Position numbers and translations under genes: made by a program. The notes under the pieces were generated by a model that did no database searches, was not told the DNA's origin, and saw only the letters and a list, made by a program, of their open reading frames with translations. DNA of 51,474 bases from a virus (lineage: Duplodnaviria > Caudoviricetes), in the IMG/VR virus record IMGVR_UViG_3300024344_000022, positions 1 through 51,474 of that record; one strand, given 5' to 3'. Positions 33,704 to 43,771 of the stretch are shown piece by piece; position 1 is the stretch's first letter, and every line of letters begins with the position of its first letter.

Positions 33704-34090
33704 TCATTTAGGTTTACCTAAGTCTAATTTATCAAGTTGTCGCTCAATTCGCAATGAGCCTAATTCATTGTTTGCTACACTCAACAATGTGCCACCTATT
33801 ATAGCCCCTTCCTCATCTGTTTCGTAAACATAAAACGTAGTGGTCGTAATAGCCGTCTTGCTGATCCTTGCAGGTCTACGTTCACCGCCTACCTGTATCC
33901 AACATGTTTGGTTCTCGTCATATTTACTGCCAAAAAATACCGCACATCCGGCCAGTATATTTTCTATGCTGTTCTTTAAAAACAATAAAGCAAAACCAAC
34001 TACGAACAACCAACTGTATTGCTCTACCAGTAGTCCAATGCCAGAGCTTTCAGAAAATCTTTGTAACGCTTCTGCGGCTTCTGTTTCCAT
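33704..34090 (-). CDS. Membrane protein resembling a minimal MscS TM3/beta domain
   Basis: TM helix then KNSIENILAG..VF......QTCWI......ARI.......TTF. Confidence 0.5.
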   Translation of the reverse strand: METEAAEALQRFSESSGIGLLVEQYSWLFVVGFALLFLKNSIENILAGCAVFFGSKYDENQTCWIQVGGERRPARISKTAITTTTFYVYETDEEGAIIGGTLLSVANNELGSLRIERQLDKLDLGKPK

Positions 34091-34179
34091 TTTTTATTTA
34101 AGCGTTGTTTTGGGCTACGCCTATCCTTTAGCTTTTTACGGTGTATCAACCGCTCAAGCCAACTCCAAAAGCGGTTCAT
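34024..34179 (-). CDS. Possible cationic amphipathic peptide (51 aa, MNRFWSWLERLIHRKK...)
   Basis: TAATG coupling to the upstream gene; overlaps the 5' end of 33704-34090. Confidence 0.4.
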   Translation of the reverse strand: MNRFWSWLERLIHRKKLKDRRSPKQRLNKKWKQKPQKRYKDFLKALALDYW

Positions 34180-34601
34180 TAACCTTGATGTAACGCTTTC
34201 CATACTGAACCATAAATTACTGTAGTTAAAAACATTAACAAGCCAAAAACCTGGTCGTGTTCCCAAAAACTTTCCCAGTTGTAACCTCCAGGAAAGCCTG
34301 CATGGTCCCAATATAAGTAGGCAATAGAAACGGTAGTCCCTGCTGCTCCAGACCACATGCCTGACTTCTGAGCAGCTTTAGCAAGCTCTTCGCGCTTAGT
34401 CATAGTAACTAAGTTTCTTGAAATACGCTTATTAGTAGCTTTTAAGTCATCTCTGTCATGTTTAAATTCCTTAGCAATAACATTTTCATTTGCCACCTGT
34501 TGGCGTAAATGAGTAATCTCTTTTACCGCCTCGACGTATAGCCTTCTTTGACGCTCTGCGGAAGGTATCTGTTCTGGAGGTGGATATTTATTCGGACTCA
34601 T
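34179..34601 (-). CDS. Coiled-coil plus two-TM membrane protein (holin/lysis-associated?)
   Basis: N-terminal coil, two C-terminal hydrophobic segments, directly after tail fibre. Confidence 0.55.
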   Translation of the reverse strand: MSPNKYPPPEQIPSAERQRRLYVEAVKEITHLRQQVANENVIAKEFKHDRDDLKATNKRISRNLVTMTKREELAKAAQKSGMWSGAAGTTVSIAYLYWDHAGFPGGYNWESFWEHDQVFGLLMFLTTVIYGSVWKALHQG

Positions 34602-37468
34602 TACGCCTCGAGTGCTGTTATACGTGCTTTTGCAGAATCTAATTCTGCTTTAAGTTCTTTAACTGCATTAACCAATGCCCATTTAATTTCGCCACCGTCA
34701 AATGTTCTAAGATCCGTAGTTTCGTTTGCATCACTATCATTAATTTTGGCAGAAAAATGAGAAACCGTATTCGGAAAAACCTGCTCAACTTCTTGAGCTA
34801 CAAGGCCAACATAGGTTTTGCCATCAGCGTTGGTTTTTCCTTTACCGTTATATTGGTAATTAACTGGCCTTACGTTTGAGTTGCATAGCTCATCAAGACC
34901 AAGTGTATATTCGCTTACTACTGTTTTTAAACGTGAATCTGATGTCGCTGCCCAATCTCCACCCGATGGCTTTTTAGGTGTAGACGTTCCTACATTAAAT
35001 GCACTGCCACCAGTGGCATAAAAATCAGCATTACCATCAGAATCCCAATATGCAAGCGTAGTCCATGTGATAGTTCCGTCGGCTGATCCTGACGCTGCGC
35101 CATACCATGTGTGCGTTCCAGATTGTTGCCGATAGCGTGACGCATTGCCATTGCCGATATATTTATAAGCTGCCGAATCGTAATAAACATTTGACCACCA
35201 TTCAGAATTAGTAGCATGTCCATCCTCGCCACCGATAAACATTTTGTCGCTTTGGACACCTGTGAAGGTCGTATCGAAACTTGCGGCTGCTCCATCGGTG
35301 GAAAGAATTTTGTCATCGTATCGAAGGTTTGCTTCGCCGGCTATTGCGTTAGCACCCGTCACGGTTGGAATGGTTGTGGCCGTCGAGCCTGTTAATGTTG
35401 CGCCAGCACTAACCGCTGACCACTCCGGAATAGAAGAACCTTGTTTTAAGAAATGTCCGTTTGTGCCAGCACCCAGCCGTGCTAAAAATCCAGAACTGTT
35501 TCGGTAGTAAATATCGCCAGTGGCATCACTTCCTACTGCAAGTCCATAATTAGTTAAAATCATGTCATCAGCAGACTCGTCAAAAAGCACCGATGATCCA
35601 GATGTTGCGCCAAAAAACTTTACGTCATGTCCGGTGTCGTCTACCCCAACCGTCACCGTGCTATCAATCTGAACAGCAGCATTTACGTCAAGCCCAACGT
35701 CAAACTTGATCGCTTCACTACTGTTAGTCGTAACAAATGTCATGTAGGCATTATCAGCTTCTTCAACGACTAATGACGTTGCGCTGTTATCCAGGATTTT
35801 AATTGAGCTTGCTGCCGAGAATCGTAATGCACCGTCAGCACCGGCAGATAGCGTAAGATCGCCAGATATGTCCACATCTGCATCTACATCCATGGAGGCG
35901 TTTATATCTAACGACTTATCAAACTTAATAGCCTCACTACTGTTGGTGGTAACAAATGTCATGTAAGCATTGTCAGCTTCTTCAAAAACCAAAGAAGTGG
36001 CACTGTTATCAAGTATCTTAATTGAGCTTGCAGCACTAAAACGCAACGCTCCATCTGCTCCAGCAGAAAGCGTAAGATCACCTGCTATGTCTACCGCTCC
36101 AGAAAAGTCACCCGTAGCTGCATCGACCTCACCGGATAGTGTCAGGTTGCCCACACCTGTAACATTACTGGAGTCGTCTACGGCCACTGCACTATTAGCC
36201 TGTACAGTGCTTCCACCAGTTCCGTTCGCAGTAATTATTATATTGTCGGTGCTTCCAGTACTGCCAGTTATGTCGCCACCGGACGCAGCAGCCCAAGAAG
36301 GAATGCCCGAATCTAGCGTTAATACATGGCCGTTTGACCCAGCCGCTAAACGTGCGAGGTATCCACTTGAGTTGCGGTAGTATACGTCGCCTGTAGCGTC
36401 CGATCCTACAGCTAATCCGAAATTGGTAAAAATTACATCATCGGCAGATTCATCAATCAGCACACTTGATCCGCTTGTAGCTCCAAAAAACTTGACATCG
36501 TAACCGGTATCATCGACTCCAACCGTGATCGTTCCGTCTATCTGCATAGCTGCATCTATGTCCATAGCAGCGTTTATATCGAGTGCCTTGTCAAACTTTA
36601 CAGCCTCAGAACTGTTGGTCGTGACAAAGGTCATATAGGCATTATCGGCCTCTTCTACTACCAGTGAGGCTGCACTGTTGTCGAGAATTTTAATTGAGCT
36701 TGCGGCTGAAAAACGTAATGCTCCATCTGCCCCAGCCGACAACGTGAGATCGCCAGATATGTCTGCATTGCCGTTTACGTCTAATGAGCCAAAGTCACCT
36801 TCACCGGCTACCGTAATACCAGCGGCTCCATCTAATACGGTTAGTCCTACCGCATCGCCGTTGTCCGTAAACTTTAAATCTTTACCGTTAGTTATCAGCT
36901 TAATTGTGACATCGCCTGAGTTGCCTTCTGTGATGCTTAAAACAGAAGATCCGGCATCTTTAAAGGTGAACACGCCAGTATGTGCATCGAGCGTTAGAGC
37001 GTCTCCTGAGTCGATAACAATAGGGTTACCGGCTAACGTAGCGCCTGTAGTTCCATCGTGTGTAATCGTAAAATCAGAGCCAGCACCTAACGACAATACA
37101 GCCGAATCGCTTAACAGTTTCAGATCGTCACCGATGATCGCGTCCAGTGCTACAGATAATCCACCGTCCGTTTGTAACGCCCCATCGGTTGTTGATGTAG
37201 CATTCGTTGTATTGTCTGTTTTAAGCAACCCTGATACGGTTAGGTTGTTCACCTGGTTTGATGCAGACGTATCGTCGAGGTCACGGCTTGAATCGACAAC
37301 CAGTGCTTTTGATGCCGAAACGACTCCGGCGGTAACCCCTAGATTCGTCGCATCCAAGCCTCCATTGACCGCGCTACTGGTCAGAAGGTTATCGAACTCG
37401 TTATTGAGTTGCGCCGCTGTTAAAACCGCGCCTGATGAAAATGTATGTACCCTTGATACAGTACCCAT
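34601..37468 (-). CDS. Tail fibre with C-terminal intramolecular chaperone (peptidase S74); possibly a B/A chimera
   Basis: Internal 73-aa repeats, GVDDTG.DVKFFGAT motifs, SDSRLK...G.VAQEV..VFP..V...LVNAVKEL. Confidence 0.9.
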   Translation of the reverse strand: MGTVSRVHTFSSGAVLTAAQLNNEFDNLLTSSAVNGGLDATNLGVTAGVVSASKALVVDSSRDLDDTSASNQVNNLTVSGLLKTDNTTNATSTTDGALQTDGGLSVALDAIIGDDLKLLSDSAVLSLGAGSDFTITHDGTTGATLAGNPIVIDSGDALTLDAHTGVFTFKDAGSSVLSITEGNSGDVTIKLITNGKDLKFTDNGDAVGLTVLDGAAGITVAGEGDFGSLDVNGNADISGDLTLSAGADGALRFSAASSIKILDNSAASLVVEEADNAYMTFVTTNSSEAVKFDKALDINAAMDIDAAMQIDGTITVGVDDTGYDVKFFGATSGSSVLIDESADDVIFTNFGLAVGSDATGDVYYRNSSGYLARLAAGSNGHVLTLDSGIPSWAAASGGDITGSTGSTDNIIITANGTGGSTVQANSAVAVDDSSNVTGVGNLTLSGEVDAATGDFSGAVDIAGDLTLSAGADGALRFSAASSIKILDNSATSLVFEEADNAYMTFVTTNSSEAIKFDKSLDINASMDVDADVDISGDLTLSAGADGALRFSAASSIKILDNSATSLVVEEADNAYMTFVTTNSSEAIKFDVGLDVNAAVQIDSTVTVGVDDTGHDVKFFGATSGSSVLFDESADDMILTNYGLAVGSDATGDIYYRNSSGFLARLGAGTNGHFLKQGSSIPEWSAVSAGATLTGSTATTIPTVTGANAIAGEANLRYDDKILSTDGAAASFDTTFTGVQSDKMFIGGEDGHATNSEWWSNVYYDSAAYKYIGNGNASRYRQQSGTHTWYGAASGSADGTITWTTLAYWDSDGNADFYATGGSAFNVGTSTPKKPSGGDWAATSDSRLKTVVSEYTLGLDELCNSNVRPVNYQYNGKGKTNADGKTYVGLVAQEVEQVFPNTVSHFSAKINDSDANETTDLRTFDGGEIKWALVNAVKELKAELDSAKARITALEA

Positions 37469-39513
37469 TAGTTTTGCCCTTTTTCTAAGTCTTCGATCAT
37501 TTGTGCCAACTCTGCATCTTCATTAAGGCGCTCTATTAACTGACCCAATGTTACCCCTTCAAGTGCAACTTTATTTATACCCGTCTTTTTACCAATTGCC
37601 TGTACTTGTTTTACGAGATTACGAGCCGTACGAGTTGCATCTTCTAATCTCATGCCACCTTCAACTAAGCGTGGCACAATCGCACCAATAGCGCGTGGAC
37701 TAAACAGAAGGATGGCCGGCGTTGAAAATACTGTAGTAGCAATTCCAGTTCCGAAACGTGTTATATTATCTGCAATGTTTCGTCCTATTTGTGATATTTC
37801 AGATTTTACAACAAGACCGCTACCGAAAAGAGGATTAAACGCTGAACCTACCAACGAGGCTATCAAGTCTCCGCTTCCACCGGACTCTCTGGCAACACGC
37901 TCAAATTGATCAAGGTTAAGTAGCTCGTCCGGGCTGTCTGCAAGCGCAGACGCTAAACTGCCATAAGCATTTTTTCCGGTCTTAAGGTCTGCAACTTCAA
38001 CTGCTTTTCTTGGGTCAATGCTGAACACTTCATCGGCTGCATCCAACACCTTCATTTTGTCAGCATAACTACGCATCAACTCGCCGTGTGCGCCCTCTGT
38101 GGCTTGGTTTAATTTTTCAGCAATTTGGTCGTGAACCCTTGTCAGATAGCGCTTCGCACTACGCGCCTTATCGTCGTAGGCAATGTTATTTATTTCATCT
38201 TTTAACTGCTTCTTCAGTGCGTCTAAATACTGCACATCCATAACCTTTACTTCTTTAACCATTTTAGGAACAAACTGTGCAGGTGCTTTATATACCAGTT
38301 CTTCTGATTCAACTATTTTGTCAATATATTTTTCGCCTTCAAGATTTATTATTTTATTTAAAATTCCATCAATCTTCTTTTGTGTTTCTTCTGCTATTTT
38401 AGTTTTACCGTATGGAAAATCTATGGTTGCTTTACTTACCCCAAGATCATCTACTGCACCAACATTTACTGTTGCACCTGACCCGTCTAACGCTCTGGTA
38501 ACAATGTTCCGTAAGTCTGTTAGTATTACTTCATTGTTTTTTCCAAGAGGTTGATCGTATAGGCCATTATCCTTCATCATCTGTTGAGCAGCCTCGTAAT
38601 CTTTATTTGCCTGTTCTCTTATCTTCTTATGATCTTTTATGTATTTATCTACAACACGCAATCGACCCGTTGTCTTGTCTTTTCTAAAGTCACGTATTAC
38701 GTTGCCTTTACCTTCGCCTACATAGCGTCGCAATCTTTCTAAAGCAGTCTGACTTGTGCCGGTAGTAAACCCAAGAACACTATCAAAAACTTGCCCAAAC
38801 GCATCTCTTAGACGCGGTTTAGTTTTAGTCGCTGCACCGGTATCTTCGGCCATTGACGCTACCTTCTCACCGGCTTTAGAAACCTTACCCCTTACGCCTC
38901 TGTATAATGCGCCTGTTCCTTTTGCCGCAGCCGTTACCGGATCAATAACGTCGGCTGCCTTACCAAGCGTCGATAACAATTTAGATGCTCTTGGAGCAGT
39001 TCTTGCTAACGCTGCACCACCGCCTGTAAGCGGCAATGTTGCCAATGATGCAAGGTTGACTAAAGATCGAACTGGACGCTCTTCTACGTTTTTTATTTCC
39101 TCACCAAACTGACCGGCCATTTGGCGCACCATTTCAGCACGACGCGGATCACGCGGTTCATACAGCGAACCAAGCACTTTCTCTCCGGCTATATCAGCAG
39201 TTCCTTCGAGCGCCATTCCTATACCCGAAACAGCCTGACCCGGATCACTTATCACTTCACCAAGCGCACTAAACTCTTCGCCGGCTGTTTCCATAATATC
39301 ACCGGGTATTTTTTGAGCCGTTCGACCCAAGCGAGCTAAGAAACTTTGATCTTTGCCCCCTAACAGCTTTTCCATCCTCGCCAATTCTGCATCTGAAAAC
39401 TGTTGTGACTCGACGCGGTCTTCTGCAAGCGGAACTTGCTGCTCTTGTTCCTCTGGCTGACTGTCGCCTAACAACAGCGCCATGCGCCGACGTTGTTTTT
39501 CATTATATGCCAT
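37468..39513 (-). CDS. Large putative ejection / internal virion protein, copy B (681 aa)
   Basis: Syntenic with and weakly similar to 1769-4702. Confidence 0.6.
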   Translation of the reverse strand: MAYNEKQRRRMALLLGDSQPEEQEQQVPLAEDRVESQQFSDAELARMEKLLGGKDQSFLARLGRTAQKIPGDIMETAGEEFSALGEVISDPGQAVSGIGMALEGTADIAGEKVLGSLYEPRDPRRAEMVRQMAGQFGEEIKNVEERPVRSLVNLASLATLPLTGGGAALARTAPRASKLLSTLGKAADVIDPVTAAAKGTGALYRGVRGKVSKAGEKVASMAEDTGAATKTKPRLRDAFGQVFDSVLGFTTGTSQTALERLRRYVGEGKGNVIRDFRKDKTTGRLRVVDKYIKDHKKIREQANKDYEAAQQMMKDNGLYDQPLGKNNEVILTDLRNIVTRALDGSGATVNVGAVDDLGVSKATIDFPYGKTKIAEETQKKIDGILNKIINLEGEKYIDKIVESEELVYKAPAQFVPKMVKEVKVMDVQYLDALKKQLKDEINNIAYDDKARSAKRYLTRVHDQIAEKLNQATEGAHGELMRSYADKMKVLDAADEVFSIDPRKAVEVADLKTGKNAYGSLASALADSPDELLNLDQFERVARESGGSGDLIASLVGSAFNPLFGSGLVVKSEISQIGRNIADNITRFGTGIATTVFSTPAILLFSPRAIGAIVPRLVEGGMRLEDATRTARNLVKQVQAIGKKTGINKVALEGVTLGQLIERLNEDAELAQMIEDLEKGQN

Positions 39514-41036
39514 CAGCCTCGTCCTATAGCTTTTTTCAGTTTAGGATTGTTATTTACTGCTGATTGAACTTCGGTATCATCTGGATTTGCCATAGCGCGA
39601 CGTAATAAATCTCGTTCATCTGGAGTCAAATCTTTACCTTGCATTGCAACTTGTGCTTCTGTTGGTTCTGTTTCTGTTTCTTGCCCTTCAGCTTCATCAA
39701 AAACAATCTGATCGTATAATGAACTTGTTGGATTTATACCTTCATTAATTGCGTTGACCCGTAATGATAAAATTTCACGAAGACGTTTTAATTTTTGTAT
39801 TCCATACGCTTGTGTATCTCTTGGTATTCGTATGTCAGGCACTACCGATTCTGCCATCTGTTGCTCTTTAGCCGACACGTTTGCACCGCCGCCATTTATA
39901 ATACGTGCAACCTCTGCAACAATAAGCGCTCTTGAATCGGTATATTGTTGCGCCTCTGGGTTATAAGTAGTTCCAACTATACCAAAATTAGTAGCAAGAC
40001 CACCCAACATTCTTCTCCAGCTAATGGAATCACCTTCTTCTAACTTTTGATAATTTTCTAAGTTGTCTAAAAAGGAATCAACTACATCTACAGATCCTTT
40101 CATTATTGCAGCCTTGTTTTTTAAGGCTGTTGCTCCTTTTAATCCACCTTGCTCAATATTTGCCCAACCCTGCTCTAATTTTTCTTCGCTTTCCTTACGA
40201 TCTAATCTGTCTTGCTCTCTTTGATACTCTGTTTCCTCTTCAGCAATACCTCGGTCGTATTCTAACTGTTCTTGTGCTTCACGACGGCCTATCTCATCTT
40301 GCGCTAAAGCACCACCACCTTTAATGGCTTTGCCTAACGTGTCCAGTGAAAACAAACCACCGGTATCTGCACGTTCAGCGGCAACTTGCGGTGTGCGACC
40401 CGTAAGTGCGCCAATCAAGTTGGCTCTTGCCATCCGATCCTGAGTTGTGGCATCTGCACGTCTTTGCGCCTTATCTTGAGCCATTCCGCTTATTAATCCA
40501 CCGCCTAACTGAGCAATTTGTGCAAACAGTTCCGGGTTACTTTTTACCATGCCACCCAATCGACCTAATAGTCCTTGTTTTTCCTCTTGTTCCTCTTCGT
40601 CTGGCGCATCTCCTTCTACCACCGTTTCCTCTATTACATATGGGTTGTCTTGTGTACCCTTACCTGACGGCTCATACGGACTTTTCACATCTTCCGGTGG
40701 CAATTCGGGTTCAGCAAACTGTTCTGTTGATGCGATCCTGTTAAGATCCAATTCACCGGTTGGTTGCGACAAAGCATCCGCAGACCGCTCTTGTGCTATG
40801 CCTTCAAGTCGGCCCATTCTTGCTTGCTTTGCTGCATCTTTCATTCTATCCGAAACCTGATCTAAGCCACCCCCTGTTTGTAATGGAGTAGCAGTCTGTT
40901 GGTTTAACGGCGTACGGTTGGCCATCATCAGCCTTCTTCTTCGCTCACGCTCTTCCGGTGTAAGCGTAGGATCTTCCTGATCCGGCCCTCTGTTCAACAT
41001 GCCGCCTAACGCACCTAAAATGTTTCTAATAGCCAT
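39513..41036 (-). CDS. Putative ejection protein, copy B (507 aa)
   Basis: Shares the central block with 4702-6309. Confidence 0.6.
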   Translation of the reverse strand: MAIRNILGALGGMLNRGPDQEDPTLTPEERERRRRLMMANRTPLNQQTATPLQTGGGLDQVSDRMKDAAKQARMGRLEGIAQERSADALSQPTGELDLNRIASTEQFAEPELPPEDVKSPYEPSGKGTQDNPYVIEETVVEGDAPDEEEQEEKQGLLGRLGGMVKSNPELFAQIAQLGGGLISGMAQDKAQRRADATTQDRMARANLIGALTGRTPQVAAERADTGGLFSLDTLGKAIKGGGALAQDEIGRREAQEQLEYDRGIAEEETEYQREQDRLDRKESEEKLEQGWANIEQGGLKGATALKNKAAIMKGSVDVVDSFLDNLENYQKLEEGDSISWRRMLGGLATNFGIVGTTYNPEAQQYTDSRALIVAEVARIINGGGANVSAKEQQMAESVVPDIRIPRDTQAYGIQKLKRLREILSLRVNAINEGINPTSSLYDQIVFDEAEGQETETEPTEAQVAMQGKDLTPDERDLLRRAMANPDDTEVQSAVNNNPKLKKAIGRG

Positions 41037-41051
41037 TATGTTTTCCTGTTT

Positions 41052-41339
41052 TTACTGTCCAAAAGCCAGTTTGCCGCCAAATAATTTTTTACTTTGTGAC
41101 AAATCACTTAACAGGCTTTTAGTTATTGGGTCATTCAACAGTGTTTGCCCGATACCCTGCTGCGCGGCCTGTTGTGGCGCTGTAGGCTGGGCTTGCGGAT
41201 TAAACGACTGTATCAGCTTATCCTGTTTTGCCTGTTGTTCCATGCGTTGCTGATCGCGTTTGGCTTGCTGTTTACCTACCAAACCTTGCGCTAAACTTAA
41301 CCCGGCCGGTATTGCATACGGTGCTAATGCTCCAAACAT
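41052..41339 (-). CDS. Small putative ejection/pilot protein, copy B (95 aa)
   Basis: Homolog of 6330-6695. Confidence 0.55.
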   Translation of the reverse strand: MFGALAPYAIPAGLSLAQGLVGKQQAKRDQQRMEQQAKQDKLIQSFNPQAQPTAPQQAAQQGIGQTLLNDPITKSLLSDLSQSKKLFGGKLAFGQ

Positions 41340-41350
41340 TTTATGCTCCT

Positions 41351-43771
41351 TTATTGCGGATCTACTTCGTCAATTCGTGGCCCTGTTCTATCTTTACTTC
41401 CACCATACGAACCACCTATTTTTACAAACTTTTGTGATTTTTTGTCAAACTTACCTCTAAAGGACTTTGCACTTGGCCCAGATCCTACAACCCATTCTGC
41501 AATAAGGTCTCCTTTACTGTCTCGCGCTGTTCTAAAACCCCTTGCTGTTGCAGGGTCATAATCGAAATCTTCTCTGTTTATAAATGAATCCATTGCCGCA
41601 TCTATTGTTTCATTGCCTGTTGAAGGTACGGTGATACCATCAGGGGTTGACGTTGGCACTGAAGTTCCAGTTTCAACCCGTGCGGTGTCCGTTTGCGCGG
41701 CTGCACCTCTACGAATCTGTTCAATAGATTCCGGCGTGAAACTCTGTAAGTTTTGTGCTAAACCACTTACTAAGTCTTCTGTTCCAGCCATATCATCTAC
41801 TTCTCTTGCTGCTAAAATACTGCCAATCAAGTCCATATCAGCTTGTCTTCCAGCCAATGTTGGATCATCGCCTAACATTCCGGTCAAGCCGGCTCTACGT
41901 AGTTCAGCTTCCAATGTTTGATCGTCTTCAAACTCACCCGTCAAACCGGCGCGTGTGGCATCACGTCTTAATGCAGCCGTATCCAGTTCACTCTCCAATG
42001 CTCTGGCTTGCTGAGTCTGTACTGGAGCCATGTTCGCTGCACCTGTATCAAACAGTCCGGTCTGACCGGCTTCAGCTATTCTGCGTTGTAAGTCTTGCGT
42101 GTCTAATCCGCTTTGTGTGGTTTCACCCGTTAGCGTCTGACGGTCATCGACCTCACCAAACAACTGCGATTCTAACTGTTGACCAGCCAATGTTTTCTGA
42201 TCGTCTAACTCTCCAAACAATTCTGCCTGTTGGCGTTGTGCTTGTAAGGTCTGCTGACCGTCTTCGCCAAACTCACCAGTTAAGGCAGCGTCTGCACGTT
42301 CCTGACCCCTACTTAACGCATCAAGTTCTGCTCTCTGTCTTTTTGCAGCCATTGTTTCATCGCGTTCAAATATTCCAGTTTGACCGGCTCTGGCAATGTC
42401 ACGATTTAACGCTTGCGTTAAAATATCTTGTTGCGTTCGATCTTCTTGTAGACCCATACCTCGCTGGCCTAAATCAAACCCTTGAGCATCACGTAAATCT
42501 TGTTGTCTGCGTTGTGCAGCTTGAGCTTCAAGTGCTAATCGGTTACGCTCATCGCCTTCACCCATTCTCGCTAAAGCGGCCGCTGTATCGCCTCCACCTC
42601 GCAACACACCATATCGACCCAACTGCTCGACCAAAGCCTTACGCGCTTCGTTCTGTCTGAACTGCTGATCGGCTAATTGTGAGGCCATAATCGGATCGTC
42701 TGTTCCACCCACTCTATTCATGTATTGCTGACGTAGTGCATCTTCTAACGTATCAGCCATTGGTGCAGCTTCGGGCGTTACCACATTCTGAGCAGCAGCC
42801 ATATCTGCACCAGCACCTAATGCGTCAGTAGGCGTAGTTGCATCAGCAGCTAAACCTTGAACAAACGATGGATCGCTTATCGGATTCACCGTAGGCGTAG
42901 TTGCATCGGCGGCCAAGCCTTGAACAAACGATGGGTCACTTAAAGGATTTTCTGTAACCGGTTGGCTCATGCGTTCTTCTTCCATTGCTCTAACAGCCAA
43001 CGGATCACTTAATGGATTCTCTGTAACCGGCTGACCAGTAGCTAAGTCAGATACAAAGCCAGGATCGCTAATTGGATTTACCGTAGTTGCTGGAGCTTTG
43101 CCAAAGTTTGGATCGCTTGTCGGGTTAACCGTTGTAGCCGGCGCTCTACCAAAATTTGGATTGCTCGTTGGATTCACCGTTGTTGCTGGTGGCCTTCCAA
43201 AGTTCGGATCGCTCGTAGGGTTTACAGTTGTAGCTGGCGGTTGACTAAAGTTTGGATCGCTTGTCGGGTTGACCGTTGTCGCTGGTGCTTGTCCAAAATT
43301 CGGATCACTTGTTGGGTTTACTGTAGTAGCTGGTGGCTGACCGAAATTAGGGTCGCTCGTCGGGTTTGTCATTGTAGCTGGTTGCGCCACTGGCTGTTGT
43401 TGTTGCGCCATTGTAGGTTGCGGTGCAGATGGTGCTTGCGCTTGTGCCATCGATGGAGCCAATGGTGGTGGTGGAGGCGGTGGCATGGCTGGTGGCGTAG
43501 CTCCACCTTGCGCCTGTTGCATCGTTGGCTGTTGCTGTTGAGGTTGCATTCCACCTTGAGCTTGCGCCATTGACGGCTGTTGATTTTGAGCCTGACTACC
43601 GGCAGCTATTGCACTCACCAACGGATCTTGACCTTGTGCTTGAGCCATTGACGGCTGACCATATGTCTGCGGTTGTTGAACACCAGCACCTTGAGCTTGT
43701 GCCATTGTAGGCTGTTTCTTTTTCTTCTTCTGGCTACCGCCTGTCATCATCTCGTTATAGCTTACCGCCAT
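41351..43771 (-). CDS. Repeat-containing putative virion/ejection protein, copy B (806 aa)
   Basis: Homolog of 6707-9121 with different repeat units. Confidence 0.65.
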   Translation of the reverse strand: MAVSYNEMMTGGSQKKKKKQPTMAQAQGAGVQQPQTYGQPSMAQAQGQDPLVSAIAAGSQAQNQQPSMAQAQGGMQPQQQQPTMQQAQGGATPPAMPPPPPPPLAPSMAQAQAPSAPQPTMAQQQQPVAQPATMTNPTSDPNFGQPPATTVNPTSDPNFGQAPATTVNPTSDPNFSQPPATTVNPTSDPNFGRPPATTVNPTSNPNFGRAPATTVNPTSDPNFGKAPATTVNPISDPGFVSDLATGQPVTENPLSDPLAVRAMEEERMSQPVTENPLSDPSFVQGLAADATTPTVNPISDPSFVQGLAADATTPTDALGAGADMAAAQNVVTPEAAPMADTLEDALRQQYMNRVGGTDDPIMASQLADQQFRQNEARKALVEQLGRYGVLRGGGDTAAALARMGEGDERNRLALEAQAAQRRQQDLRDAQGFDLGQRGMGLQEDRTQQDILTQALNRDIARAGQTGIFERDETMAAKRQRAELDALSRGQERADAALTGEFGEDGQQTLQAQRQQAELFGELDDQKTLAGQQLESQLFGEVDDRQTLTGETTQSGLDTQDLQRRIAEAGQTGLFDTGAANMAPVQTQQARALESELDTAALRRDATRAGLTGEFEDDQTLEAELRRAGLTGMLGDDPTLAGRQADMDLIGSILAAREVDDMAGTEDLVSGLAQNLQSFTPESIEQIRRGAAAQTDTARVETGTSVPTSTPDGITVPSTGNETIDAAMDSFINREDFDYDPATARGFRTARDSKGDLIAEWVVGSGPSAKSFRGKFDKKSQKFVKIGGSYGGSKDRTGPRIDEVDPQ
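42830..43380 (-). repeat. Intragenic tandem repeats (6 x 16-aa NPTSDPNFGQPPATTV plus 4 longer units)
   Basis: Visible in translation; 48-nt period in DNA. Confidence 0.9.
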
